Shown in pieces: positions 18,435 to 28,321 of a stretch of DNA of 53,707 nucleotides. The notes below the pieces were generated by a model that did not search any database, had not been told where the DNA came from, and saw only the letters and a program-made list of their open reading frames with translations. Numbering within the stretch: the first letter of the stretch is position 1; each line of letters opens with the position of its first letter. The translations under genes and the position numbers were made by a program. Source of the DNA: Thermoanaerobaculia bacterium (lineage in GTDB: Bacteria; Acidobacteriota; Thermoanaerobaculia; UBA5066); the NCBI GenBank assembly GCA_038245905.1, contig JBBRRY010000028.1, forward strand, positions 1-53,707, in the 5' to 3' direction.

Positions 18435-20867
18435 ATGACGACGACACGAAACGAAAGGGCCTTCCGCCGATTTCCGCGCCTCCCGGGCGTGGCGGTCGCT
18501 CTCGTCCTCGCGCTGCTCGCGCCCGGCTGCGCGACGTCGCGCGCTTTCCGCGACGGCGAGCGCGAGGAGGGACGCAAGCACTGGGACCTGGCCGTTCTTT
18601 ACTACGAGAGGGCCCTCGGCCTCGATCCGAAGGACTCGGCCGCACGCATTTCCCTCCAGCGGGCGCGCTTTCAGGCGGCCCAGGCCCACTACGAGCGCGG
18701 GCGCCTGCACCGGTCCGCAGGCCAGCTCGACCTCGCCGCAGCCGAGCTCGAGGTCTCGGTCGCCCTCGACTCCACGAACGACTCGGCGCTTCAGGAACTG
18801 AGGAGAGCCAGGGCCGATATCGAGATCCGCAACCGCGAGAACGCCGGTGGGACGCCCGTCGAGAAGGCGAAGGCGCGGACGCGCGGCGCACGCGGAGCGC
18901 CGCCGATGCTGAACCCGTCGTCGACGAAACCGATCGACGTGGCCTTCGCGCCCGACACGAACATCAAGAAGATCTACGCGGCGCTCGGTGCGGCCGCGGG
19001 GATCAACATCATCTACGACCCGCAGCTCAAGGACGACAAATTCACGCTCGACCTCCGGGGCATGACGTTCCAGAAGGCCCTCGAGACCGCGATGCGACAG
19101 GCGGGTCACTTCTACAAGGTCATCGACGAGAAGACGATTCTGATCGCGCAGGACACGCAGCAGAACCGCAAGGAGTACGAGGACCTCGTCATCCGCACCT
19201 TCTTTCTCTCGAATGGCGACGTGAAGGACGTCTCGGCAATGGTGCGGTCCATCCTGGACCTGCGCCGCCTCGGCACGATCCCGGCGCTGAACGCGATCAT
19301 CATCCGCGACACGGCCGACAAAGTCGCCGTCGCCGAGCGGCTCATCGAGGTGAACGACAAGGCGAAGTCCGAGGTCGTCGTGGACGTCGAGCTCCTCCAG
19401 GTGAACACGGACAAGCTCCTGGACCTGGGCACATCCCTCGGCGCGACCTCCGTCACCGCGACGGTGGTGCCCGGCACGGGGACCGCAGGGGCGACCGCCG
19501 CCGGATCGCTGCCCTGGAACGCGATCAAGGGGCTCGGGATCAGCGACTTCATGTTCACGATCCCGACCATCACGTTCAGCTTTCTCAAGCAGAATACGGA
19601 CGCTGAGCTCCTCGCGAAGCCGCAGCTGCGCATCGCCGAGGGCGAAAAGGCCCAGCTCGTCATCGGCGACCGGGTGCCGATTCCCGTCACGACCATCAAC
19701 ACCCAGCAGGCCATCGGCGGGACCGGCGGAATCGTTCCGATCACGTCGTTCCAGTATCAGGACGTCGGCATCAAGATCGACATGGAGCCGCGCGTTCACC
19801 ACAACAAAGAGGTGTCGCTCAAGCTCACGATCGAGGTGTCGCAGATCAGCGGCTACGTCCAGAACTCGACCGACGGGTCGAGGCAGCCAATCATCGGCAC
19901 CCGGACGATCACGTCCTCGATCCGGCTCAAAGACGGTGAGACGAATTTCCTCGCGGGCCTCATCCGCAAGGACACGTCGAGGACCAAAACCACGATCCCG
20001 TTTCTCGGCGACCTTCCGCTCATCGGCTCTCTCTTCACGCGGAACAGTACGGACGACAAGCGGACGGACCTCTACCTCACGCTCACGCCGCACATCATCC
20101 GGTCTCCCCAGATCACGGACGAGGACTTGACTCCGATCTGGGTTGGCACGGAGAACAACGTTTCCTTCTCGGGCCTCAACACCCGTCTCGAGTCGCCAAA
20201 CGCGACGGGATCACCCTTCGACGGCCAGCCGGTCGACGGAGCGCGTCCGCCGGTCCGCCCGGTGGCCGCGCCCGCGCTGCCGAGCCCGGGCATCGCGATC
20301 CCTCAGGGGGGCATGCCGAGCAACCCGTTCCAGCCCAGGCCCACGCCGGCCCCGGCGACGCCGAGGTCGAACGCGACGACGGGGGCGAGCGAATCGCAGG
20401 CGCAGGTTCGCGCCGCGGCCGCCGAAGTGGAAGTCGCCGCGGCCCCGGCCGGCCCTGTGCTCCGGCTCGAGGCGGCGGCCGCCGAGGTCGCGCCCGGTGC
20501 CGTTTCCGTCGTAAACCTCATAGGCGATTCCGGACTCGACACGCTCGGCTCCCTCGAGCTCACGATCGAGTGGGACCCCTCCGTGGCCGAGGTCACGGGC
20601 ATCGCGCCGGGACCATGGCAGAGCGCTTTCGGCGGCGACACGGTGCGGTTTGACGCCGACCGCGTGTCCGGCCGCGCCCAGCTCCATTTCAAGCGGTCCG
20701 GCGGCGCCGGGCTGCCCGACGGCGTGCTCGCGAAGCTGGCCGTGCGCGCCCTGACGCCGGGGACGACGCTCGTGCGCGCCACCGCGGGAACGGCGGCCAC
20801 GGCCGGCGGAGCGACCCCGACGCCGCGCGTCGAGGCGGCTTCCGTCACGGTGAAGGCCTCTCAATGA
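18435..20867 (+). CDS. Secretin (GspD/PilQ family) with N-terminal TPR region and C-terminal cohesin-like domain
   Basis: ATG 18435 has a GAAGGA SD. LAPGC possible lipobox, LLAKPQLRI, FQYQDVGIKI, IPFLGDLPLIGSLF, Pro-rich linker, beta-sandwich tail (LTIEWDPSVAEV). Confidence 0.88.
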   Translation: MTTTRNERAFRRFPRLPGVAVALVLALLAPGCATSRAFRDGEREEGRKHWDLAVLYYERALGLDPKDSAARISLQRARFQAAQAHYERGRLHRSAGQLDLAAAELEVSVALDSTNDSALQELRRARADIEIRNRENAGGTPVEKAKARTRGARGAPPMLNPSSTKPIDVAFAPDTNIKKIYAALGAAAGINIIYDPQLKDDKFTLDLRGMTFQKALETAMRQAGHFYKVIDEKTILIAQDTQQNRKEYEDLVIRTFFLSNGDVKDVSAMVRSILDLRRLGTIPALNAIIIRDTADKVAVAERLIEVNDKAKSEVVVDVELLQVNTDKLLDLGTSLGATSVTATVVPGTGTAGATAAGSLPWNAIKGLGISDFMFTIPTITFSFLKQNTDAELLAKPQLRIAEGEKAQLVIGDRVPIPVTTINTQQAIGGTGGIVPITSFQYQDVGIKIDMEPRVHHNKEVSLKLTIEVSQISGYVQNSTDGSRQPIIGTRTITSSIRLKDGETNFLAGLIRKDTSRTKTTIPFLGDLPLIGSLFTRNSTDDKRTDLYLTLTPHIIRSPQITDEDLTPIWVGTENNVSFSGLNTRLESPNATGSPFDGQPVDGARPPVRPVAAPALPSPGIAIPQGGMPSNPFQPRPTPAPATPRSNATTGASESQAQVRAAAAEVEVAAAPAGPVLRLEAAAAEVAPGAVSVVNLIGDSGLDTLGSLELTIEWDPSVAEVTGIAPGPWQSAFGGDTVRFDADRVSGRAQLHFKRSGGAGLPDGVLAKLAVRALTPGTTLVRATAGTAATAGGATPTPRVEAASVTVKASQ

Positions 20868-21331
20868 CCCTGGCGCCTCGCAGGAGCCGTGGCTTCTCGC
20901 TCGTCGAGCTCGTCATCGTCTGCGCCTGCATCCTCATTCTCACGGCGATGATCGTGCCGGTGACGCGTTTCGGGATCGTGCGTCAGAAGGAAATGGAGCT
21001 GCGCGAGGCGCTGCGCTCGATGCGAGGCGCGATCGACGACTTCAAGCGCCTTTCGGACCAGGGCCTCATCCCGGTGGACCTCGACACCGAGGGGTACCCG
21101 AAGACCCTCGAGAAGCTCGCCGAAGGCGTCGAGCTCGTGGGCCAGGTCAAGAAGAAGAAGAGATTCATCCGGAAGATTCCGATTGATCCGATGACCGGCA
21201 AGGCGGAATGGGGCCTCAGGAGCTATCAGGACGATCCCGATGCGCGCTCGTGGGGCCGCCAGAACGTGTACGACGTGTATTCGCTCTCGCCGCTCACGGG
21301 CCTCGACAAGACGAAGTACAAGGACTGGTGA
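20864..21331 (+). CDS. Type IV pilin-like / pseudopilin
   Basis: Class III signal G|FSLVEL; RKIPIDPMTG. Confidence 0.88.
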   Translation: MTLAPRRSRGFSLVELVIVCACILILTAMIVPVTRFGIVRQKEMELREALRSMRGAIDDFKRLSDQGLIPVDLDTEGYPKTLEKLAEGVELVGQVKKKKRFIRKIPIDPMTGKAEWGLRSYQDDPDARSWGRQNVYDVYSLSPLTGLDKTKYKDW

Positions 21332-21735
21332 TGCGAAGAGAAAACAGAAGTCGAGGCTTCACGCTCGTCGAGCTTCTCGTCGTGATGGCGATCATGGGCA
21401 TTCTCGTCGCCATCGCGGTTCCGCAGCTCCAGAAGGCCCCGATTCGCGCCAAGGAAGCCACGTTGCGCGAGGACCTCTTCACCTTCCGCTCGTGTCTCGA
21501 CCAGTACTACGCGGACAAGGGCCACTATCCCGACACGCTCCAGACGCTCGTGACGGACAAGTACATTCGCAAGATCCCGGTCGACCCGTTCACGAAGTCG
21601 GCCGACACGTGGCAGGTCGTCATGGAGGAGCCCGATTCCTCGGAGGCGGCTTCGCAGGAGCCCGCGGGGATCGTCGACGTGAAGAGCGGCGCGAAACAGC
21701 CGGCGCTCGACGGGTCTCCGTACAACACGTGGTGA
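21331..21735 (+). CDS. GspG-like pseudopilin
   Basis: ATG 21331; G|FTLVELLVVMAIMGIL; DQYYADKGHYP, RKIPVDPFT. Confidence 0.9.
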   Translation: MRRENRSRGFTLVELLVVMAIMGILVAIAVPQLQKAPIRAKEATLREDLFTFRSCLDQYYADKGHYPDTLQTLVTDKYIRKIPVDPFTKSADTWQVVMEEPDSSEAASQEPAGIVDVKSGAKQPALDGSPYNTW

Positions 21736-22322
21736 AGGTGAAGAGGCCGAGCCGCGGCTACACGCTCGTTGCGCTCATCGTCGGAATGACGGTCATGTCG
21801 ATTCTCATCGCGGCGGTGCTTCCGATGGCGTCGATGGAGGCGCAGCGCGACAAGGAGGCCGAGCTCATTTTCCGCGGTATCCAGTACGCAGAGGGAATCC
21901 GCACGTTCCGGAAGCGCTATGGACGTTATCCGAACACGCTGAAGGAGATGTTCGAAGTCCGCCCGCGGACGCTCCGCAAGCTCTGGAAGGACCCGATGAC
22001 GAACTCCAACAATTGGGGTCTCATCACGCTGGCGGGCGGGGCGCCGCTGCCTGGGGCGAGACCGGGAGGCATGCCGGGCGGAGGTCCGCTCGCACCAACC
22101 CCCCTCCCCACGCCGCGGCCAGGGACCGCGGGGACGCCGGGCAATCCGGGGGATGCGCCGCCCGGCCCCATCACGGGCGTCTACTCGACGTCGAAGAAGA
22201 AGGGCTATCGCCTCTTCTCGGGCCGGGAGAATTACAACGAGTGGCGCTTCACCGAGCAGACAATCCTGAACCAGGCACCCTCGGGGCCCCCGGCCGTGCC
22301 CGGCCCGGGGATTGGGCGCTGA
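21732..22322 (+). CDS. Minor pseudopilin-like protein (no Glu5)
   Basis: GTG 21732; G|YTLVALIVGM; LRKLWKDPMT; Pro/Gly-rich insert. Confidence 0.8.
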   Translation: MKVKRPSRGYTLVALIVGMTVMSILIAAVLPMASMEAQRDKEAELIFRGIQYAEGIRTFRKRYGRYPNTLKEMFEVRPRTLRKLWKDPMTNSNNWGLITLAGGAPLPGARPGGMPGGGPLAPTPLPTPRPGTAGTPGNPGDAPPGPITGVYSTSKKKGYRLFSGRENYNEWRFTEQTILNQAPSGPPAVPGPGIGR

Positions 22323-22323
22323 C

Positions 22324-23505
22324 TCAGGGCCCAGGCTTCGCGCGAGGCTCTGCGACCCGCGCCGCCGCCGCCCTGCGCACGGCAGGCTCGAGAATGCGTG
22401 CGGCAAGCGCTTGCCCGGCTGCGTTCCAGTGGATGCCGGCAGCCGGAAAGAACAGCACCTCGCCTGCGGCCGCCGCGGCTCGAAACGGCGGCAGGAGGTC
22501 GATGACGGGAACGTTTCGGCGTCCGCAGGCCTCCTTCACGCGGAAGAATCCGTCGGGGTCGAGCGCCTCCGGGCCGAGCCCGTAGATCTTCAGAACCTTC
22601 TCCTTCACGGCGTCGTCGGCGAGATACCGTGGAGGAATCGTGAAGACGAGCGGTGCCGCTCCGAGGGCGCGCGCCTCGCGGGCGACGGCACCCAGAAGCG
22701 CCCAGGTCAGCTCGAACTCGGCGCTCCGGGAAGGCGGCGCGGTGCGGAGGGAGAGGTCGAGCATGACGGGCCGTTCTTCCGGTTCGCTGCTGCTGCTCGC
22801 CCTCTCGAACGCGCGACGCGAAAGCGACCAGAGGTGAGAGCGCGCGCCGAGAACCGCGTCGAGGCGCGAAAACGCCGAGCTCCCGCGCGGGGCTCCGGGC
22901 GGCACGAGCGTAAGGGCATCGCTCTTGTCTCCCCCCGCGAGGACGAAGCGCGGTTTTCGCATCCCGTAGATCTCACCGCTCGCGTTCTCCATCACGTCGT
23001 TCCAGAAGAAACCGGCAACGACGACGTCGGGCGCGAGGCGAGGGCCCCATCGCCGCAGTGTCAGGAGCGCCTGGTCCGTCCCGTAGCCCGGCACTCCGAG
23101 GTTGACGACTTCGAAGGCCGGCCCGAGACGGGCCGCGAGCTGGTGCGTGAGGGTCTCGTCCTGCCGGACGCCGCTGCCGAAGACGAACGAATCGCCCAGG
23201 ACGGCGACGCGTGCGACGTCGGCGGCCTTTCCGGCGTGTTCGACATCGCGGAACCCGAGCGCGTTCGTCCGCACGTCCGCCTGCCAGGGTTCCTCGCTCC
23301 TGAGACCGGCGATGCCGGGCCGAAGGGTCCAGCCCAGCTCCGGGTCGATGTTGACGAGCGGCCCGCCTTCGCGGGGCGCGGCGTAGCGTTCGGCAAGGGG
23401 CTGGGGGAAGAACAGCCGAAGGCCCGCTTCGACGCCCAGGGCGGAGGCCGCGAGCGCGGCCAGCGTGAGAGCGGCATTTCGCCAGAATTCCTTCGAAGCG
23501 CTCAT
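22324..23505 (-). CDS. SGNH/GDSL hydrolase-family protein (AlgX/AlgJ-like)
   Basis: TNALGFRD, LGDSFVFG, NLGVPGYGTDQ, GIHWNAAG. Confidence 0.85.
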   Translation of the reverse strand: MSASKEFWRNAALTLAALAASALGVEAGLRLFFPQPLAERYAAPREGGPLVNIDPELGWTLRPGIAGLRSEEPWQADVRTNALGFRDVEHAGKAADVARVAVLGDSFVFGSGVRQDETLTHQLAARLGPAFEVVNLGVPGYGTDQALLTLRRWGPRLAPDVVVAGFFWNDVMENASGEIYGMRKPRFVLAGGDKSDALTLVPPGAPRGSSAFSRLDAVLGARSHLWSLSRRAFERASSSSEPEERPVMLDLSLRTAPPSRSAEFELTWALLGAVAREARALGAAPLVFTIPPRYLADDAVKEKVLKIYGLGPEALDPDGFFRVKEACGRRNVPVIDLLPPFRAAAAAGEVLFFPAAGIHWNAAGQALAARILEPAVRRAAAARVAEPRAKPGP

Positions 23506-23537
23506 CCTCTCCGTCCGTCCCGGCTCATTGTCGCTCC

Positions 23538-24884
23538 GTGCCGTTCCAAACCCTCGTCCACGAACTAGAATCGGCCGTGCTCGAAAGGCGGCTCCAGGAC
23601 GGGACGGCTGTGTGGCTGGACCCGATGCGTGACGTGAGGAGCCTCGCGCTTTCGGTCACGATGGCAGGAGGCTCGGCGGGGGAGGAGCCCGAGGAGCGCG
23701 GCGCGACACATTTTCTGGAGCATCTCCTTTTCAAGCGGACGCGCCGGCGCTCGGGCGCGGCCGTCGCGCGGATCACGGACCGGCTCGGAGGCGAGTGCGA
23801 TGCGTACACGACGAAGGAGTCCGTCTCGTTTCATGCCCGCGTCCCCTCCGAACGGGCGGCCGAGGCGGTCGACCTCCTCCTCGACCTCACGGCCGCGCCC
23901 GCGTTCACGGCTGCCGACGTCGAGGTCGAGCGTGGCGTGATTCTGGAGGAGATGGCGGAGGCCGAAGACCAGCCCGACGACTTGCTTCACGAGGCATTTC
24001 TCCGGCGGCTCTGGCCGTCGCACGCGCTCGGCGCGCCGATCCTCGGAACGAGAGAGACGGTCATGGGCCTCACGCGGGCGCGCCTCGCGGCGCGTTTCCG
24101 CGCGATCGCACGCCCCGCGGGGACGTTCATCGCGGCCGCGGGCGCGTTCGACCCGGACCGGCTCGTGGAGCTTCTGTCTGGCGCCCGTTCGCGGCGTCCC
24201 CAGGCGGCTTCTGCCGGTCCTCCGTCAGAGGCAAAGCCCCGTGCGGCCCGCTCGGCCTTTCACCTGGCGCGGCCGGAGCTTCAGCAGACCCACCTTCTCG
24301 TGGGCGGGCCGACGATTCCTTTCGGCCATCCCCTCGTTCCCGCGGCATGGATCGCGGCGGAGGTGCTCGGCGGCGGCGTCTCGTCGCGTCTCTGGCGCGA
24401 CGTGCGTGAGCGGCGCGGCCTCGCGTACTCGATCGGGACGGGTCTGACTCTGCACCGCACGGCGGGCGTCTCCCTCGTCTCCGCCGCGACGCAGCCGAAA
24501 AACCTCCAACGTCTGGTCGCGACGACGGCCCGGGCTCTCAGGCGGTTTCGCGAAGACGGGATCACGCGCGCGGAGCTTTCACGCGCGCGGAACCAGTTTC
24601 ACGCGGAGGCCGCGCTGTCGCACGAGTCCACGGCCGCGCGGCGCGAGAGCGCCGTTCGCGCCTGGCTCTATCGGGGGCGCCCCTACTCGACCGAGCAGTT
24701 CCTTCTCGACGTGGACCGCGTGACGCTCGGCGACGTGTCCGCCGCGATCGGCCTCCTTTACGGATCCTCGGCCGGCGCGGGCCCATTCAGTCTCGGCATC
24801 GCCGGTCCGCTGCCCGCGGGGACGCGGCCCGAGGCCTTCGTGCGCCATCTCGCGGACGACGTCTCCGAGGCGCTCGCGGCATGA
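23538..24884 (+). CDS. M16 (pitrilysin-family) zinc peptidase
   Basis: HFLEH inverted zinc motif, [32 protein letters not shown]. Confidence 0.92.
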   Translation: MPFQTLVHELESAVLERRLQDGTAVWLDPMRDVRSLALSVTMAGGSAGEEPEERGATHFLEHLLFKRTRRRSGAAVARITDRLGGECDAYTTKESVSFHARVPSERAAEAVDLLLDLTAAPAFTAADVEVERGVILEEMAEAEDQPDDLLHEAFLRRLWPSHALGAPILGTRETVMGLTRARLAARFRAIARPAGTFIAAAGAFDPDRLVELLSGARSRRPQAASAGPPSEAKPRAARSAFHLARPELQQTHLLVGGPTIPFGHPLVPAAWIAAEVLGGGVSSRLWRDVRERRGLAYSIGTGLTLHRTAGVSLVSAATQPKNLQRLVATTARALRRFREDGITRAELSRARNQFHAEAALSHESTAARRESAVRAWLYRGRPYSTEQFLLDVDRVTLGDVSAAIGLLYGSSAGAGPFSLGIAGPLPAGTRPEAFVRHLADDVSEALAA

Positions 24885-25357
24885 CGGCCATGACGGCCCC
24901 GCCCTCCGGCCCTCCCGTCGTGCGGTACCGGATGACCGAAGCGTTCCGGGATCTCGCGCCGCCGACGTACGCTTCCGCCGGTTCCGCCGGCGCCGACCTC
25001 TGCGCGGCGCTAGAGGCTCCCCTCGTGGTGGCCCCCGGTGCGCGACTCGTAATCCCGACGGGCCTCGTCCTCGAGATTCCCGAGGGCTTCGAGGGGCAGG
25101 TCCGCGCCCGTTCGGGTCTCGCGCTGAAGAAAGGGCTCGCGCTCGCGAATGGGGTCGGAACCATCGACGCGGACTACCGCGGAGAGGTCGGGGTCCTCGT
25201 CGTAAATCTCGGGAGCGAGCCCGTGACGCTCTCTCGCGGGGACCGGATCGCGCAGCTCGTGATCGCGCCCGTCGCGCGCGCCGTGTTCGAGGAGGCCTCG
25301 GGCCTCGGCGAGACGGCGCGCGGCGGCGGCGGTTTCGGAAGCACGGGGGCGCGGTGA
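24881..25357 (+). CDS. dut: dUTP diphosphatase
   Basis: [38 protein letters not shown]. Confidence 0.96.
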   Translation: MTAMTAPPSGPPVVRYRMTEAFRDLAPPTYASAGSAGADLCAALEAPLVVAPGARLVIPTGLVLEIPEGFEGQVRARSGLALKKGLALANGVGTIDADYRGEVGVLVVNLGSEPVTLSRGDRIAQLVIAPVARAVFEEASGLGETARGGGGFGSTGAR

Positions 25358-26139
25358 GCGGCCTCGAGGTCAGCTTTCTCGGATCCGGCTCCTCGGGAAA
25401 CTGCGCCGTGGTACGCGTCCGAGGGACGACCGTTCTCGTGGACGCGGGCCTTTCGATGAAGGAGACCGAGCGGCGGCTTGCCCTCCGCGGGTCGTCGCTC
25501 GACGCGATCTCCGCGATCTTCATCACCCACGAGCACGCGGACCACGTGCACGCGGCCCTCGACCTGAACCGAAAGCGCGGAATTCCCGTTTACGCCTCCC
25601 GCGGGACCGCCATCGCCGGGGGATTTCCCGGCCCGCTCTTCGCCGACGTGCGACCCGTCGCCGGCGGGAAAGAGCTTGTCGTGGGCGATCTCCACGTGCG
25701 CGTCACGACCACGCCGCACGACGGGGCTGAATCGGTGTGCTACGTCTTCGCGGACGCCGGTGGGCGCCGCGTGGGCATCGTGACGGACCTCGGGCACCTC
25801 TCGCATGCGGTCCTCGAGGCGCTCGCGGACTGCGAAGTGCTGGGGCTCGAGGCGAACCACGACGAGGACCTTCTGAGGTCTGGTCCCTATCCGCCTTACC
25901 TCAAGAAACGCATTCTTTCGGCTGTGGGCCATCTGTCGAACGAGTGCGCCGCCGACGGGCTTAGACGCCTTGTGGGTCCCCGCACGGCGGCCGTGGTCGC
26001 GCTCCACGTCTCGCGGCACAACAACACGGGGGCGCTCGCGGAGCGCGTGTTTCGCGAGGCCCTCGACGCGACGGGCACCCGGGCGACGCTCGCCGTCGCC
26101 CGGCACGACGCGCCGACGGAGTGGATCGGCGCGTACTAG
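25354..26139 (+). CDS. MBL-fold metallo-hydrolase (YycJ/WalJ-like)
   Basis: GSGSSGN, THEHADH, TDLG, EANHD, GHLSN. Confidence 0.88.
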   Translation: MSGLEVSFLGSGSSGNCAVVRVRGTTVLVDAGLSMKETERRLALRGSSLDAISAIFITHEHADHVHAALDLNRKRGIPVYASRGTAIAGGFPGPLFADVRPVAGGKELVVGDLHVRVTTTPHDGAESVCYVFADAGGRRVGIVTDLGHLSHAVLEALADCEVLGLEANHDEDLLRSGPYPPYLKKRILSAVGHLSNECAADGLRRLVGPRTAAVVALHVSRHNNTGALAERVFREALDATGTRATLAVARHDAPTEWIGAY

Positions 26140-26161
26140 AAGAGAAGAGGAGGAGTCGACG

Positions 26162-26431
26162 ATGACGGTTCTCGTGAAGGTCATGCTCAAACCGGGGGTC
26201 CTCGATCCCCAGGGGAAGGCCATCGCCGACGCGCTCCACCGCCTCGGCTACGGCGCCGTCTCCGACGTGCGCGCGGGAAAACTCTTCCGGATCGAGGTCG
26301 ACACGGACGATCCGAAGGCGGCGCGGGAGGTCGGGTCTCAGATGGCGGAGAAGCTGCTCGCGAATCCCGTCATCGAAGACTACGAGCTCGTTCTCGAGGA
26401 ATTCGGCACGGTCGCCGGAGCGCTCCGGTGA
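26162..26431 (+). CDS. purS: Phosphoribosylformylglycinamidine synthase subunit PurS
   Basis: ATG 26162 with GAGGAG SD; LKPGVLDPQG, LLANPVIEDY. Confidence 0.95.
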   Translation: MTVLVKVMLKPGVLDPQGKAIADALHRLGYGAVSDVRAGKLFRIEVDTDDPKAAREVGSQMAEKLLANPVIEDYELVLEEFGTVAGALR

Positions 26432-27168
26432 GCGCCGCGACGCCCGCAGACGGTGCGGGCACACCGCGGGTCGCCGTGGTCGTCTTTCCGGGCAGCAACT
26501 GCGACGAGGACGCGGCACTCGCCTCCCGGAACGTGCTCGGGGCGGACGTGAAGATGGTGCGGCACGACGAGAGCGCGCTCGGCGATCCCGACCTCGTGAT
26601 CCTTCCGGGCGGTTTCTCGTACGGCGACTACCTCCGGAGCGGGGCGATGGCGCGCTTCTCGCCGGTGATGGAATCCGTCGCGGCGTTCGCGGGGCAGGGT
26701 GGGGCCGTGCTCGGCATCTGCAACGGTTTCCAGATCCTGTGCGAGGCAGGGCTTCTTCCGGGCGCGATGCTGCGGAACGAGGGACTCCGCTTCGTATGCC
26801 GGGACGTTTTCCTGCGCGTCGAATCGAAGCGCACTCCGTTCACGCTCGCGATCAACAAGGGCGACGTCCTCCGAATGCCCGTCGCGCACGGAGATGGGAA
26901 CTGGACGGCCGAAAAAAGGGTTTACGAGGAGATGCTCGCGCGGGATCAGGTCGTCTTTCGTTACGTACGCGCGGACGGTTCGCGCGGCGAAGGAGGAAAT
27001 CCGAACGGCTCCCTCGACGACGTGGCGGGCATCTGCAACGTGAAGGGCAACGTCGTGGGACTCATGCCGCACCCGGAGCGCGCCTCCGAGGACCTTCTGG
27101 GCGGGACGGACGGCGCGCGCCTCTTCAAGTCCTTCGCGACGACGCGCATGGCGATGTACGGGGCGTAG
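26428..27168 (+). CDS. purQ: FGAM synthase glutaminase subunit PurQ
   Basis: FPGSNCD, PGGFSYGDYLRSGA, GICNGFQ, GLMPHPER. Confidence 0.96.
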   Translation: MSAATPADGAGTPRVAVVVFPGSNCDEDAALASRNVLGADVKMVRHDESALGDPDLVILPGGFSYGDYLRSGAMARFSPVMESVAAFAGQGGAVLGICNGFQILCEAGLLPGAMLRNEGLRFVCRDVFLRVESKRTPFTLAINKGDVLRMPVAHGDGNWTAEKRVYEEMLARDQVVFRYVRADGSRGEGGNPNGSLDDVAGICNVKGNVVGLMPHPERASEDLLGGTDGARLFKSFATTRMAMYGA

Positions 27169-27211
27169 GAATCGAACTGGGCAAATGGTACCTTTTGGGT
27201 AGAATTGCACC

Positions 27212-27484
27212 ATGGCGCTGAACATCAAGGATCCCGTCGCCGAAACGCTCGCCGCCGAAGTGGCGGAAATGGCGGGTGAAAGCAAGACCGAGGCGGTGCG
27301 CGTGGCTCTTCGTGAGCGGCGAGACAGGCTTGCTCTCTCGGGGGCGGCAGCTGCGAAACGCGAGCGCATTCGTCGCTTCCTCGAGGAAGTGGTGTGGCCG
27401 ACGATTCCGAAGAAGTTTCTCGGGAAAGGGATCACCAAGAAGGAGCGCGAGGCCATCCTCGGGTACGGCCCCCACGGCGTGTGA
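27212..27484 (+). CDS. vapB: VapB antitoxin (Rv0623/VapB30-like)
   Basis: MALNIKDP...GESKTEAVRVALRER...EAILGY. Confidence 0.88.
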   Translation: MALNIKDPVAETLAAEVAEMAGESKTEAVRVALRERRDRLALSGAAAAKRERIRRFLEEVVWPTIPKKFLGKGITKKEREAILGYGPHGV

Positions 27485-27867
27485 TTCTCGACCCGTCCGC
27501 GATCATCGCCATTTTGCTCAGAGAAGCCGAGGCCGACGAACTGGAGGCGAAGGTTGCCGCTGCCGCGGCGCTTGGTGTCGGGGCGCCAACGTTTGTCGAG
27601 ATGCTGATGGTTCTCACGACGCGATTCGGACCCGCCGCCGCCGCGCACCTGGAGGGGTTCCTGCAGCGCGGCGGTGCCGTCGTCGTCCCCTTCTCGGAGG
27701 AACACGCGCGTGAGGCAGCCGAGGCGTTCGCCCGTTTCGGTAAGGGGCGGCACTGCGCCGCGCTGAACTTCGGAGACTGCATGAGCTACGCGGTCGCGAA
27801 GCTCGCCGGACAGCCGCTCCTCTGCACCGGGCACGACTTCGCGAAGACCGACATAAAGCTCGCCTGA
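27481..27867 (+). CDS. vapC: VapC PIN toxin (VapC30-like)
   Basis: GTG 27481 overlaps the antitoxin stop; ILDPSAIIAIL, LNFGDCMSYAVAK, DFAKTDI. Confidence 0.92.
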   Translation: MILDPSAIIAILLREAEADELEAKVAAAAALGVGAPTFVEMLMVLTTRFGPAAAAHLEGFLQRGGAVVVPFSEEHAREAAEAFARFGKGRHCAALNFGDCMSYAVAKLAGQPLLCTGHDFAKTDIKLA

Positions 27868-27892
27868 GGATGAGTCACGGCTGCTGCTTGTT

Positions 27893-28228
27893 TCAGAGGT
27901 CGACCGCTGTTTTCACACCGGGGTCGATATCGGTCGTTCGTCCGCCTCGTGTCGTGCCACCCGCGCCGCCGGCGACCCTGTCGAGCTGGTCGTCCGAGAG
28001 TTGAGCCGCGCCGAGTGCCGGCTGCGCGGCGGGGAGTACCAGGAGAATCCTCGCCGTCGTTTCCTCGAGCACGTCGATCTGGACTCCCTCGGGCAACGAG
28101 ATCGCCAGTTCGCGCTGGAGGGTTCCACGAGGATCCGTGCGGAGCATCTCGCGAAGAACCGGATCCGTTGACGCTCTCTGCATGAGAATCTCGTACGGTT
28201 TGCCGGCACGCCAGGGTTGGTTGCCCAT
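27893..28228 (-). CDS. NHLP-leader (nitrile hydratase-like leader) RiPP precursor
   Basis: GGAGG SD; RA..DP..R..L..DPR..L......LP....I.VLEET....LLVLP leader ending LSDDQLDRVAGG; 23-aa core. Confidence 0.85.
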   Translation of the reverse strand: MGNQPWRAGKPYEILMQRASTDPVLREMLRTDPRGTLQRELAISLPEGVQIDVLEETTARILLVLPAAQPALGAAQLSDDQLDRVAGGAGGTTRGGRTTDIDPGVKTAVDL

Positions 28229-28321
28229 TTCCTGCCTCCATTCGGTGACTCGCGGCCGCTTGGGATCGTCGCGCCCCGCGTATTGAAGGCGAGTTTATCT
28301 GCGGCAGTGGGGTAACGTCCC

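Noticed and set aside
27872-28251. GAGTCAC / GTGACTC inverted 7-mer flanking the NHLP gene
   Set aside because: Too short to be significant; no target duplication or transposase.
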